Positions 13,701 to 27,800 of a DNA stretch of 64,000 nucleotides are shown here, piece after piece. The notes under the pieces were generated by a model, which was not told where the DNA came from, made no database searches, and saw only the letters and a program-made list of their open reading frames with translations. Each line of letters begins with the position of its first letter. Position 1 is the first letter of the stretch. Source of the stretch: Phoronis australis (Eukaryota; Animalia; Phoronida); the NCBI GenBank assembly GCA_002633005.1, contig NMRA01000213.1, forward strand, positions 426,996-490,995, given 5' to 3'. The position numbers and the translations under genes are program-made.

Positions 13701-15766
13701 ACGGCGTCGTCATGAGCAATTTGATGTAGGAATACAACACCAGTCGCACAAAATTGTCGCACATAGAAATGTATCCTACATGTACATGTAATTAGAAACA
13801 GTGTGGAAAGCACTGAAAGCTTCTCACGTTTGTGTGAAGAGCAATGACGGCCCAGTGCGACTTGGTAGCGTTGGTGCTGTTAAGAAGTCAGAAATATCGG
13901 TGAAAGTTTGTTATCAAATAATGCACAGTGTAGTTGATTTAATATATTTCATACTGTAAGTGATATTTTATGAAGATGTGCATGTGCTGCAAAAGTTTCA
14001 GCTAAAAAAGTGTTCTTGTTTAACAAAGATATGGAAAGTGTAAATAAGGTAGTCAGACAAACGGCTGTACGGACTCGCCTGAGCCAACTGTACATGAATA
14101 GATTTAATTTGAAAATTGTACGAACTCGTCATGAGTAGATTTTCTTGAAAGTTTTAGAAATTCGTCAGTGAGCTGGTTAAGAATTAGTTAAATGTTAACT
14201 AGAGTAGACTGTTTAACTTCATAATTACCAACAGTTCTCGAGGAGTGTAGTTGGATAGGTCATTTGAGCACTACGAAGATTGAATGCATGTATGTATTTG
14301 CAAATGGTGCAAAGTGAGAACACAGGTAAAAAGTATTAGGCCATTGTCATTAACCATTTTGGACAGAGTGAAATCGATTTGAAAACATTTTACACTTTTT
14401 CCGATCAACCAGCTTCAACTGCTGCAAAAACAAAATGTGAGTTAATTAACTCGCTATCACCCACTTTGACCATTAACCTTTAATTTACGTTTCAAACAGG
14501 AAATGAAAATATACGGATTTATGGAATTTGCCTTTTCCTACAACATTGTATGCCATGAATCGTCGCCTGTGGCTGTTAAAGATTCGGCACATGTTAGTCC
14601 TGGCTATATTGCCAAATTATACAATTGATTGAACCTGTATAAGTGTCGTGATTCATGTCTTGATTTCGTGATAAGTACTTTCCTGAGGATGTTGTACTGG
14701 TGTCAAATGAATGCTGGATCATTGATATTTACATGTATAGGAGATTACAGTTTCGCCACAATTAAAGTAATGGTAAAAAGCTCATTGAAACAAACGTTTT
14801 ATTCTACGCACCTTTCTCGGGGTATCATACGCTAAGATGAAATAATTGATTTAACCAGAGCTAAGAAGTGTATTAAAGGGACTGGGAAAGATGATCTGTG
14901 AGGGGAATATGCGTACGTGAGAGGAAATACATGTAGCGTGTGCGGGGGAAAACTGTGCGCAGACCCGTCGAGGCCATGGAAGGACTGGGGTGTATACATG
15001 TAGCTGTAATGAATTAAATTGTTTGCAGCATAGTATTAATGTTGTAGTATTCTGTGGTTTAAGGAAAACAAGTTGTTAACACTGATATTCCCACTTTTAA
15101 CCTTCAACTCGTCAGTATGCTAAATTGTTGTCCGTTACCAGCTCTTCTAGTGACACGGTGACCGCAGACATAGCCGACTAGTCGCTAATCCTCGAAAAGT
15201 GTCTGCCTCCAGAGTTCAACTTAACGCGATTTTTGATCATACACATCATCGTGGAACGAGCCCCAGTTCTTTGAAAAGGAAAGTTTTCCACCCACAAGAG
15301 ACAAAAATGATAACACGGTGGATATCCTCTCGTTTAGCTGTAAGTCGCAAGTAAAAGATTACATGTGCAGTCTGAATTCATTTCTTCGTTTCAAACTACA
15401 CAAGGATACATTAATAATTACTCACAATACCGTGGTTGCCGACAATTCAGGAATAATAAATTTTTGAAGGTGCGCACGTCTAAACAAGATTTTAAATCTC
15501 AACCTGCTTGTTTTCAAAAAATAGGCCTACTCTGCATGCACAGCTGTCAAGACGTTTCTCACCACATTTTTTAAGGCTTAACATAGGGATTCCTTTAAAA
15601 TCCTTTTGATATAGCACTCGCTGTCCATTATGGGAACCCCGATGAAAACATTGAACCATAAATGAGATGATTTTAAAATCTTAGAGTGCAATGGTGTATT
15701 AGCACTTTGATAAACATACATTGTGTATATTGCACTGTGTCCTCGTTAAACAAATTTAAAAATATT

Positions 15767-15807
<41 letters not shown>

Positions 15808-18800
15808 TAACGACACCGATAACGAGTAGTGAAAGTAGTAATGGTAGAACTAGTATTGCAATAGTAATGTAATAGTAATAAAATGATAATGGGTAGCCAG
15901 ATTCATGCCGTGTCAGCCCTTAGGGCATTCCTATAGATGAAGTATACGAAAAGTGCCTCCCAAAATGGCGTCTTTTTCACAAAAAATACTCTCCAAAATG
16001 ATGCCATTTTAGACAAAATACTCTCTAAAAGTGTGCCTTTTTCTGAATTTCTAGAGAACAATTGCGAAAATGTGAGTTGTTACACAAAATTAGTGTCTAA
16101 ATGGGCTACTTTTCGGTCCGACTCCACTTTTTAAACGGGTTGGTATCCAAATTTTTCGGGTGGCACCCATTGCCCAAAAATACTCGAGTACCCCCCCCCC
16201 CAGTCGTGTCAGACACCACTTTTGGTAATTTTCTTTGTAATATCACGTCGGTTTCGTAAAGTATACCTTTCTAGCATGTGCATTCGACGGATACTTTTAC
16301 ATTTTATGAGAGGATTGGCAATGGAATTTTACGAAATTGTTACATTTTACGGCGTATCAGAGGTGTTCTAATATGAGTGACTATGATCAACACAACGCGG
16401 CTCGGAATGGGAGCCCTAACAATCGAACTTGGAGAAAGGAACCATTTTGCCCTCAAGTCAGTTTTACAATCCCATGTGGTTACATACAGTTAAGATGATA
16501 CATGCTAGTGTGGGCTTAGGTTATAAATAGTTGCATCATGTACCCAAGTACGAGCTTTCGTCGCTACTTAGCAAACTCAAATGGATTCCAAATACAGGTA
16601 TCAACAAACGCACCAAAAGCAGAGAGGCGTCACGGTTGGCAATTTTGCCGACAGACAGAAATCAATGTATTTGCATTCCAGAAGAATTTGATGATAAACT
16701 CAGCCTTCACGTCTCCTGTGTTTTCTGCTTCAAGTCTCGATTTTCACGATCTATTGCACACACGAATATTTATTTTCGTGCTCTAAACGCCTGTAGGTAA
16801 CGTATATATTAAATGGGCTTTGTTCAAGTATGTTGCTGTTAAGAGTGCTTAATTTTCTTTTGTGAACGAGCTTCCTTTAATCGCTCATACCATAAAATAC
16901 ATTTCGGAATCGTGTCAATCGACCCATTTGTTTTAACTGGCTTCATTATCCTGGATTTGTTAGAACTTTTGGTGTCATTTTAGAACATAGTCCAAATAAA
17001 AGTTGACACGTCCGCTCTAAGTCCTTGCAAAATTAATGTTTTTCGCGGTCTGAGGTGCACATGTTGTCAGTGCTTATTGCTTTAGCCTAGTCACCGTGAC
17101 TTGCTGTCAATGAGCAGCCTGCTGTTATTGATATGATTGGAAAGTAATACCGTGCAATCAATCGAATCAATAACGCATTGTATCCTTTTGCCAAATATTG
17201 CATGATTGTGTGACGTTGTTCTGACGTAGAGTTTATTGATGCAGTTGTAGGAATCGAATGCCACTCGAGCAATCGAATCGTCAGTAACAATTCACCATTA
17301 GTAATTGATCTGATTCCCGGAGGCCAGTTTAGAAGACCCGACAACCAAAAAGGCTCAACCTGCCAATTTCAGAATTCACCCTCTAAGCTGATCAAGTTGT
17401 AGTAGAACGAATGGGTGAACTCGAATTAGAAAGCGGATGTGCTTATATTCCTTTGTATGCAATTTATTCTGATATTTAACGGACAACACAATCGCCTATA
17501 CAAAGCGTTCGTTATAATCGATCGAGATTGAATGGATTGTCATCCCGTTCTTACATGTGTTAGATGTGCAAAGGACGTGGAAGTAGAAAGCAATGCTGCT
17601 AAATTTTTATTTTGTTTTAGTCCGACACTGATACAATGGGGAGTCATTGGGTCTTTGTGCTGGTGTGTCATTTTCGGTTTATTAGCGGTAAGTTAGACAC
17701 TAATTATTTTCAGATTTTACTCACCATATTACGATAGATTTTGTGTTCGAACCTATAATTGTTATGCAGCGATAGTCCACGTCGCTACTGAATAGATGTT
17801 GCACGAGATGGACAATTCATAATTATTTGCTCGAATTGCCTAAATGTAAGCATCACGATGGAGCGATTGATTATAGAACTTAAGTGTCTTAAGTGCTCAA
17901 TCCCATTTGAAAGTAACTTTGAAATTAACTTGAAACCATTTTGCAGACGAGTGTGCAGCAATGTTTGATACGCCGGAATTTTCAAGGAAGTGAAAAAATC
18001 CAAACCCCGCTTCATTTTGGCTCCCGTGGATGGATATTATTTTTATTATTTTTTAAAGAAACTTCTGGAAGAATGCTGCACCACTGTCTCCAATTTCACC
18101 AAAGACCACACTCTTAACAGACTGTGCTTTCGTGACAGAATTTTAAAACAAATAAAAACAAGTTTTAGGGTATGCAAATCTGTTTATTTCCAGTGACCCC
18201 TCTCTGGCAAGGGACAACGGTGCTTAACATGTTTTAAAGAAACAATCGGCAGCAACAGGGTAGTCCTTGTGAAACTCTTAGGCAAAAATTCATTGAAATT
18301 CGCGATAAGGAACCGAATGGTATTCCGTAATTATGGAATGCTAAGGCAGAAGTGAAACGACATTGTAGGCCGCGCATTGATTCCACTGCTCTTAGCCTGT
18401 TTGACAGGCATTAATTAAGTTGGGTGGTCAGTAAACATAACAATGAACACGAAATATCGGAATAATTAGATATATAANGCGGATGTGCTTATATTCCTTT
18501 GTATGCAATTTATTCTGATATTTAACGGACAACACAATCGCCTATACAAAGCGTTCGTTATAATCGATCGAGATTGAATGGATTGTCATCCCGTTCTTAC
18601 ATGTGTTAGATGTGCAAAGGACGTGGAAGTAGAAAGCAATGCTGCTAAATTTTTATTTTGTTTTAGTCCGACACTGATACAATGGGGAGTCATTGGGTCT
18701 TGGTGCTGGTGTGTCATTTTCGGTTTATTAGCGGTAAGTTAGACACTAATTATTTTCAGATTTTACTCACCATATTACGATAGATTTTGTGTTCGAACCT

Positions 18801-21800
18801 ATAATTGTTATGCAGCGATATTCCACGTCGCTACTGAATAGATGTTGCACGAGATGGACAATTCATAATTATTTGCTCGAATTGCCTAAATGTAAGCATC
18901 ACGATGGAGCGATTGATTATAGAACTTAAGTGTCTTAAGTGCTCAATCCCATTTGAAAGTAACTTTGAAATTAACTCGAAACCATTTTCCAGACGAGTGC
19001 GCAGCAATGTTTGATAAGCCGGAATTTCCAAGGAAGTAAAAAAATCCAAACCTCGCTTCATTTTGGCTCCCGTGGATGGATATTCTTTTTATTATTTTTT
19101 AAAGAGACTTCTGGAAGAATGCTGCACCACTGTCTCCAATTTCACCAAAGACCACACTCTTAACAGACTGTGCTTTCGTGACAGAATTTTAAAACAACTA
19201 AAAACAAGTTTTAGGGTATGCAAATCTGTTTATTTCCAGTGACCCCTCTCTGGCAAGGGACAACGGTGCTTAACATGTTTTAAAGAAACAATCGGCAGCA
19301 ACAGGGTAGTCCTTGTGAAACTTTTTGGCAAAAATTCATTGAAATTCGCGATAAGGAACCGAATGGTATTCCGTAATTATAGAATGCTAAGGCAGAAGTG
19401 AAACGACATTGTAGGCCGCGCATTGATTCCACTGCTCTTAGCCTGTTTGACAGGCATTAATTAAGTTAGGTAGTCAGTAAACATAACAATGAACACGAAA
19501 TATCGGAATAATTAGATATATAAGTGTCATAAAGTAACGATAATCTGACAATTGGGCCAAAACTGAAAATATATTTCGACAAGAATGAATTAAGCCACGG
19601 TCTACGGGGAAGACAAAGAATACCCGGATATTTTTTGCTAACTCGATTTCTGAGCGGTGACTGCTATCTGAATTTTTTGCTTATACTTGTGAAATATTTT
19701 TTTAAAAAATGAAAAGTTCACCTTGTAAGAGACACCAACCCAATGTGTTGCGCACGGTGTGCATTCTACTTACGGACTAACCCACTTCTTGGAATTTTTC
19801 CCGCCATCCCGCCACACCGTCAAAATGTCCCGCTTTATAACACACTGCGAAATATTGACATATCATCATACATGTACTTAATTTCCCACGCAACATAGCC
19901 ATTCTTTCCCGTTAGATTTTCTGGAAAATTCTGAGGCACCCGAAAAATCCCATTCGACTTGGAAAAAAACGCAGTCGGGCACTTTTTGGTGTTACGTCTA
20001 CAGTTCGACAGAAGGACAAAAGGCATATTATCACATGTACAGAGTAGGCCTAATTTCCCACAGAACATAGCCATAATTTCCTGGTCGGTTCAAGAGAGAA
20101 AGACGACGTTTCATGTGTTTTAGAGCACCTGCAATTTCCCATTCAATTTAATGTTCGAATAGAAAGAAAAAAACGAGACGATTCATTGGTTTTTGAGGCA
20201 ACTGCAACTTTCCATTCGATTTAAAAAAACGCATTCTGGATGATCTTGTGTATTGTGGCGATAATTTTACACTGGTGTTTTTGTATAGACCCAGATGATC
20301 AGCATTTTATCCGAAAGGCCCGTTTTTCAACTCAAGCGCCCCATTTTTAGTCTCCAATGTTGACAACTACATATGCAGCAGGTGTTTAAAACATTGCCGG
20401 TTTGTTTTGAATATTGCTACTTTCCAGAGTTCATTTTCTTTAGTATCATAAGAATAGGAAACACGTGTCTCTTTTGTGTCTCATGTTTGCCGTAACGCAC
20501 ACTGTCAGAGCATGTATCAGGATCACTAATTTTCTTTATTTTCTGAAGGAATTAATTTATTTATAAACTACATGTACATGGGCAGTGTATGGAATTGGAA
20601 GTCATGGACGTACTACNNNNNNNNNNNNNNNNNNNNNNNNNNNNNNNNNNNNNNNNNNNNNNNNNNNNNNNNNNNNNNNNNNNNNNNNNNNNNNNNNNNN
20701 NNNNNNNNNNNNNNNNNNNNNNNNNNNNNNNNNNNNNNNNNNNNNNNNNNNNNNNNNNNNNNNNNNNNNNNNNNNNNNNNNNNNNNNNNNNNNNNNNNNN
20801 NNNNNNNNNNNNNNNNNNNNNNNNNNNNNNNNNNNNNNNNNNNNNNNNNNNNNNNNNNNNNNNNNNNNNNNNNNNNNNNNNNNNNNNNNNNNNNNNNNNN
20901 NNNNNNNNNNNNNNNNNNNNNNNNNNNNNNNNNNNNNNNNNNNNNNNNNNNNNNNNNNNNNNNNNNNNNNNNNNNNNNNNNNNNNNNNNNNNNNNNNNNN
21001 NNNNNNNNNNNNNNNNNNNNNNNNNNNNNNNNNNNNNNNNNNNNNNNNNNNNNNNNNNNNNNNNNNNNNNNNNNNNNNNNNNNNNNNNNNNNNNNNNNNN
21101 NNNNNNNNNNNNNNNNNNNNNNNNNNNNNNNNNNNNNNNNNNNNNNNNNNNNNNNNNNNNNNNNNNNNNNNNNNNNNNNNNNNNNNNNNNNNNNNNNNNN
21201 NNNNNNNNNNNNNNNNNNNNNNNNNNNNNNNNNNNNNNNNNNNNNNNNNNNNNNNNNNNNNNNNNNNNNNNNNNNNNNNNNNNNNNNNNNNNNNNNNNNN
21301 NNNNNNNNNNNNNNNNNNNNNNNNNNTTTCTGTTTTTTTTGCCTTTTTTCTTGGATAATACTTCAGAAATCAAGGAAAATGCTTGATTTTTAGAAGTAAA
21401 AACCCCCCTCCCGACCTCCCCCCATTCGGTGCTATGCGCATCTACAATTGTGGTTCACTTTGCGCAAATGCTTACTTACAGCCGGACAAAATGTTGGCCC
21501 CCCCTCTTGTGATATCCTAGATCCGCCACTGATACATGTATATGTTTGCCCATTTTATCTGTTTCGGGGCCTTTATCTACACGTTTAGGATGAGTAGTCA
21601 GAGTGATTAGTTAATTTCATTTTGAAATGTAACTGCATCTGATATTTGGAATGAATATCCTACTAATCGGCACTAATGGTCTAATTAATACATAAAGATG
21701 TACACTTTTGGATGAGGACATGAACATGTTCCTGCCAATTCTTCACAGCAACTGTAAAGTGCCCGTAATACAAATTTTATATATTTTAAATAAATGCTAT

Positions 21801-24800
21801 AAAATACAATTTATTATTAAACGTTGTAAATGAATAAGTGTATTATAAACAATGTATTATAAATAATATAAATTGCTGTGTTAGACTAAAAAGTCTTTTG
21901 AGTCATGGGCATGATGATTGTTCCCTTTTATGCTACTATTACATCTAGGTTACACTTTTGGGTTATTTATAATTACAAAACAATTAAAGCTGCTGTCAGG
22001 TATACAGAATTAGTATAATTATCTGTAAGTTAAATTACTTCTCTTTTGCGTCTGGTATAACATATGACGGTACCAGGCATTGTTCCCTACTCTTATACAT
22101 GTACACCTAATTCTCGAATGTAGGCCTGGCATGCCTGCAGAGACTTCGCTATTTTCAACCTTTTTATTCAGGCCTTGCATCTGTTCAGTGAACAAAGGAG
22201 ATTGCTGCATTCCGTGAAAAGTTATGATTTTAACAGCCAGTAAAATTTCGGATTACATGGTCTTGGAAGAGAATTTCAGCATTAAAGAACCACAGTTTGC
22301 GAGTTCTGTTCGAAACGTTCCACTGGCTATACAACTTTACGATCATCTCCGTGAAAGGCGCGGAGTTGTTCTACAGGTGCATAAAGTACGCCGGTGCGTT
22401 CTAATCCTTCAAGTTGGGGTTTCAAGAGCTCTCAGTTTGACACAAATGCAATTGTCTATCTACCCTGCAACAGACCTTTGCCGCTGAGCCCTCCATTACG
22501 AAGAAAATGTGGTAGGCTAGGTTTGAAGGAAGTTTTGTGGACTAAATGGGAAGTGATTGCCAAGAACGGTACTTAGTAGATCCCAGTGGAGTTGTTTCCA
22601 TTAAAATGAGTCCAGGCGTTTGGCCTATGTTCCTGTTGACTACTCGGATACGGAAGTGCCGCTTTTTTGAGAGCATATTCTTGTCGTATCTTGAATACTT
22701 CGCGAATCCAAGTCCCTTCAGACAAGTAGAAAATGTTAAACTCTGGATGGGAATGGTATATTTTAACCTCAGTTCCTGGAATCTGGAGTGAAATAGCACT
22801 CGTAATTACGGTTTCCTCTGTTGCACAGGGGAGTGGTGAACTTATCATTGTAGGCGCTTATTGGTCATTTTGCTGGTGGTCATAGCACGGTAAAAAGACA
22901 TGTCTTTATTAAATTTCTAAATCTTTGAAAAACTCCATAGATGTGTACTTGCTGTCAGTTGCTCCTGTTTTTCTGGTTTCTTAGACAGCTGCGCAAAGGA
23001 GGACGTTCGTTGACCCAGGCCTGTAATAAGGTCAAAATCAGCCTCTCGAACAATGTGTGGTCTTAGTCCAGAGTGGTTCTCTGACCAAAGCACTACTACG
23101 TGGACTCAGTCGATGGCTGGCTACCGCTGTCCACTGCTTTTGTTGGCGAACATAACACAACTCGATCAATGTCCGATTTATAGATTTCTAATGCTAACCC
23201 TTGTAATCTCGTACGTTTTTCACTCAAGACCGTTAATCGGATATTCTACAGGTTATATTTCGCCAATATTTATATATCAGGGGTGCAGGCAGTGGTCTAA
23301 GCCCGACCATAGCGAACCTGTCAGCGATAGTTCAAGTGAACTTGCAAACTGATACACTGGCAATGAATTTTGGTTTAAACCCTGTCACCTGGACATTTTT
23401 CGGAACATCAATTTTTTTACCGTAGTTCTAAAACGGAACATGTTGAAAACAGGTCTTTAGTCTTGTGTGGTGTTTTATCTATGAAACTGTGCTCCGATCA
23501 TATTACGTAGACCAGTCTCAGTCACTGCGGCGCATAAGTTTTCTGTGATCGGATCCCATTGACCCGTTGTTCGGTATGTCAACTACGTGCTATAAAATGT
23601 AACAATTTCGTAAAATGTAACAACTGTTACATTTCACGTCATTGTTACAATTTATGTTGCTAAGCCTTTCCTGTTGTTACGCAGGCGACAAATGTACCAC
23701 TGTTACATTTTACGAAACCAACCTCTTATTGAAAATGATAAAATCACGAACAAGAGGTATACATGTATGACACGGCAGGGGGGTACTGGAGTATCTTTGG
23801 GCGAGGGGTGCCGCCCGAAAAACTCGAATGCCTACATGTACCCGTTTAGAGAGTGGGCTCAGACAAAAACGTGAGATTAATTTGCGCAAAAATTCACATT
23901 TTCGCACAGATTTGTTCCGGAAATTCACGAAAGGTGTCTTTTAGATATAATTTTGTCGAAAATGGCACCATTTTGGAGAGTATTTTTTCTGTGAAAAAAG
24001 CACCTTTCTTGTCGGTACTTTTCGTATACCTCTTCTATAGGAATGCATTCCGGGCTGACACGACATGATATTACATAGGCGGCGCACCACAGGAGGATGG
24101 GGGGAGGAACTATAGCTTCCACTTTCTTCAGTGCTGCGCCGCACATGGTCCATAGGCGGGGCACTACCGGGGCTGAGGGGGCTTTAGCGCCCCCACATTT
24201 CCAGTGCTGCGCCGCCCATTATTTTGCTACCTATTATCATTTTTATTTGTATTACATTACTATTACTAATACTACTGCTGTTACTACATTAACTACTTTT
24301 ACTTCTATTACTCGTTTTCGTTATAGTAGTAATATTATTGTTATTAATATTTTAAATTTATTTAACGAGGACACAACACATGTTTTTTGGAAAGTGCTAA
24401 TACATCATGGTCCTCAAAGATTTTAAAATCATCTCATTCATAATTCAATGTTTTCATCGGACTTTCCATAGTGTATAGCGAGTGCTGCTCCTATGTTCAG
24501 CCTTAACGACACTGTGAGGAAAGTCTTGACAGCTGTGGATACACATTAGGCATACTTTTAGGAAACGAGGAGGTTGACATTTAAAATCTTGTTTAGACGT
24601 GCACCAATTTCAAAAATTGATTGTTTGTGAAGTATCGGAAAACACTTTATTGTTTGTAAATATAACTATATCTATTTGTAGTTTGCCTAGAAAAACTGAA
24701 TTCAGTCAGCAATATTTTACTCTCGACTTACATCTAGACGTGAGGATACCCACCGTGTAATCATTTTTGTCTCTTGTTGAATACACTCCTTTTCAAAGAA

Positions 24801-27800
24801 CTAGGGATCGTTCCACTACGATGTGTAAGTTAAAAAATTGCATTAAGTTGAACTCTGGAGGTAGACATTTTTTGAGAACTAACGACTAGTAGGCTGCGGT
24901 CGCTGGGTCATTAGAATAGGTGTTTATGGACAAACAAAACACGCAACAATTTTATCTAGAACGGGGCCCAATATTCTTAGAGAAAAACATAGTGATTTAA
25001 CAGAGTTTCCTTATCTGGCACCTCATGAGATACGTGACTTCATGTCCATTAATAATAGAATGCCCAATCTTTGTCTTTATTTATATGTACTTTGAACTAA
25101 CAAACATTGACCAAATAGCAATTTTAATAGAAAAAGAAAGTGCGTGGTTTTGTAGTCCAAAAGGCCGACAGTCAGCTGCTTTTGAACTATTGCCCTTTAA
25201 ATTATCGACCTAGACCTGGTTTGAGCAAAATGATCACGCAATTTCAGAGTGCAAAATGTTTTCTATTTCCCCAGCTAGGTATTTCATTTTTACATATACA
25301 CGTCACGGTTTGATCTGTTGCTACCAAAACCGTTTTCATTCGTAACTCCTTGTATGTGGAGCAGGGCAATTACTGCATTAGCGATGACTTCAAGGCACTA
25401 AAACTCTGGGAGAAATATACCAACCTATCGTGGACTAAAACTGGTGTTTTTTCTATTAAATTGGCTTTCGAAATGGAATTCGCCATGAAATTTTTTGTTA
25501 TTGTCGTTTGTTCGCGAAGAACTGCGATAAATATTAGCCAAATACATGTAGGATGTTACTGTTGTGCGTATCAAGGGAATTGTATTTACTGTAATGTCAG
25601 AGACACAATTGGTTTATGACCTGTGAGTGTCAACAAAAGATTGAGAGAAGCTTTAACAGTAAAAAATTGTTACTTGATCCTGGAAACACCTTTCGTGGGG
25701 AGTTGAAACTGTGCGTGTACATTTTTGACCATACCATAAAACTACTCATGTTAAAAACATGGAAAGCAAACAGGGACACATCTATAAATTTGACCTGGTA
25801 CATTTGATAGAATTTCATTCAAACAATCCGAGAAAGAAAGCGTTAAGTGTGTGAACGGTTTTCTTCCGTCTGATAAATATCATGCAAAGTCATGAAAGAT
25901 TACATCGCTTTCGTAAAATTTAACAATGGTACATTTCTCGCATGTGCATTCGACGTAAATTATATCAATCACATCAAATGTAACAACTTGTTAAATTTTA
26001 AGAGAAGCCTACATGTAGCAACGTTAAATGTAACGAATATGTTACATTTTACGTCATACCAGTACTATCCTATTATCTCAGCAAGAAAGCATGATGACGT
26101 ATTCAAGTGCATGTGCTAGTAAATGTATTATTCACGTTCTGTCTTCAACAAAAGCGGTCGTGTAAAAATCCGGATTTGTGAAATTCCAAATAGCCTGGTT
26201 TTCGCGTTCTCAATACCCATGATGTCATGTTGTGACTGAGTGGTCATCGGTTCAGGAGTCACTACTGTCCATTGTGCTAAAACCAGAACGTGCTAACAAC
26301 GGATCCGTGCCTCCCACCGTATAACGGGTAAAATCAAAACGCGGAATTATTGAACTAGGTAACGTTACAGGCCTAGCTTTCTGGCTGACAACGGCGAGTA
26401 TCACGAAAACTATCTATTCCAACAACTTCCAAAAATCTTAAGCGTTCCCTTTTAAATACACGGTTACCTTGAAAAAATGTAGTTTTTGGTACCGCAGAGG
26501 CGATCGGCCATAACGTGTAAACCAGGATCACTCCATTTGATGCAATTAGAATATCCGGATATCAAAATTAATCACTTAATTATTGATAAGTTTTGTTGTT
26601 TTCGCCAAGACAGTCGAAATGTAAAGCATGAATAATTCATGTGGGCAGAGTTGAGCTTTAAACAATTTTAAATTAATTAATACACGTATAGGAATAAAAT
26701 ATCGTGAGAACGCTGAACGTCAGACTCGCCATAACCACAGGGGACCTTAGCTTCTGATCGTCATCAATACACTATATATACATGTAAAACAAAATGTTCT
26801 GACAATCGAGACTAGAAATTCCACTGGTGGTTCACTTCAGCCGTCCTTATCAAACACAAATCGCGATAAATTTCCGCAAAACAGATTTAACAAAACATGT
26901 TGAATTGTTGTTTATCCTGATAGCACTTACTTACACTGTACTGCTTCAACGAGTTCGCAACAAATTCGCCATCAAATCACAAAAGTCTTCCCAAAAGATC
27001 GACGCATCGCTTCATCTGTTAAAGGAGAATGCCACCCAAACAACAATCTATTTTGTATCAATTTAGATCGAGTAGCTCCATTCTATAACAGCAAGTTCAA
27101 TTGCAGGTGGAGGTGTTGAAATTAACCAATGACGTAATCGGTTAGAACGCAGTCTGTTCAGCCGTTCACAACACGCTTACTGGTGCCAACTTCTCGCTTG
27201 AATGCATCGTTTTACACCAATAAATCATCAAATTTCGATGCAAAACCCTTACAAATACACCGTGTTCTGGAACAAACGTGTTGTTTTATTTGACTGTTGT
27301 GGATTTGTTTCTATTTGAACGTATCGTAGCCTAAAGAGTTTGGTCAAGGAGTGTGGACTCCTAGGTTCGGTAGGCCAATTAACCATGGTCGATCGCGGGA
27401 GTTTGGGTCAATTTGGTGATAAATTAGTCATTCTTCCATGATATACAGATGAGACAAATCTGTGTGTTGTGCTTTTAGACTTGCGATTTTTTCAGTTCTA
27501 AACACACAAAACGCTTGTTATCCCATCCAATGCCTCAGAACGTACCGATCAGGCCCGTCGCGGTCGCCGGGACTGGGCATTATGAACATTAACCAGCTTA
27601 AGTTGGAAACTAAACCTCCAGACAAGAAAAGACTATACTAGTGAGCCAAAGAAATAATGTTCACGTAATTATTTTGGTTAATTAGCCACGAAACTGCATA
27701 TCTACTTAATTGTCTTAGGCCGCGAAGTCAAGTTGCCCTTTTACAGAACGTCACGTCAAAAGTTGTGCAGCAACAATGATGTCTATAATGTATTTGTATA

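Noticed and set aside
17785-19061. Two copies of a 76-aa ORF suggesting paralogous small genes
   Set aside because: Produced by the N-joined duplication. No motifs or splice support.
20561-21393. Long 257-273 aa ORFs
   Set aside because: Artefacts of the N gap.
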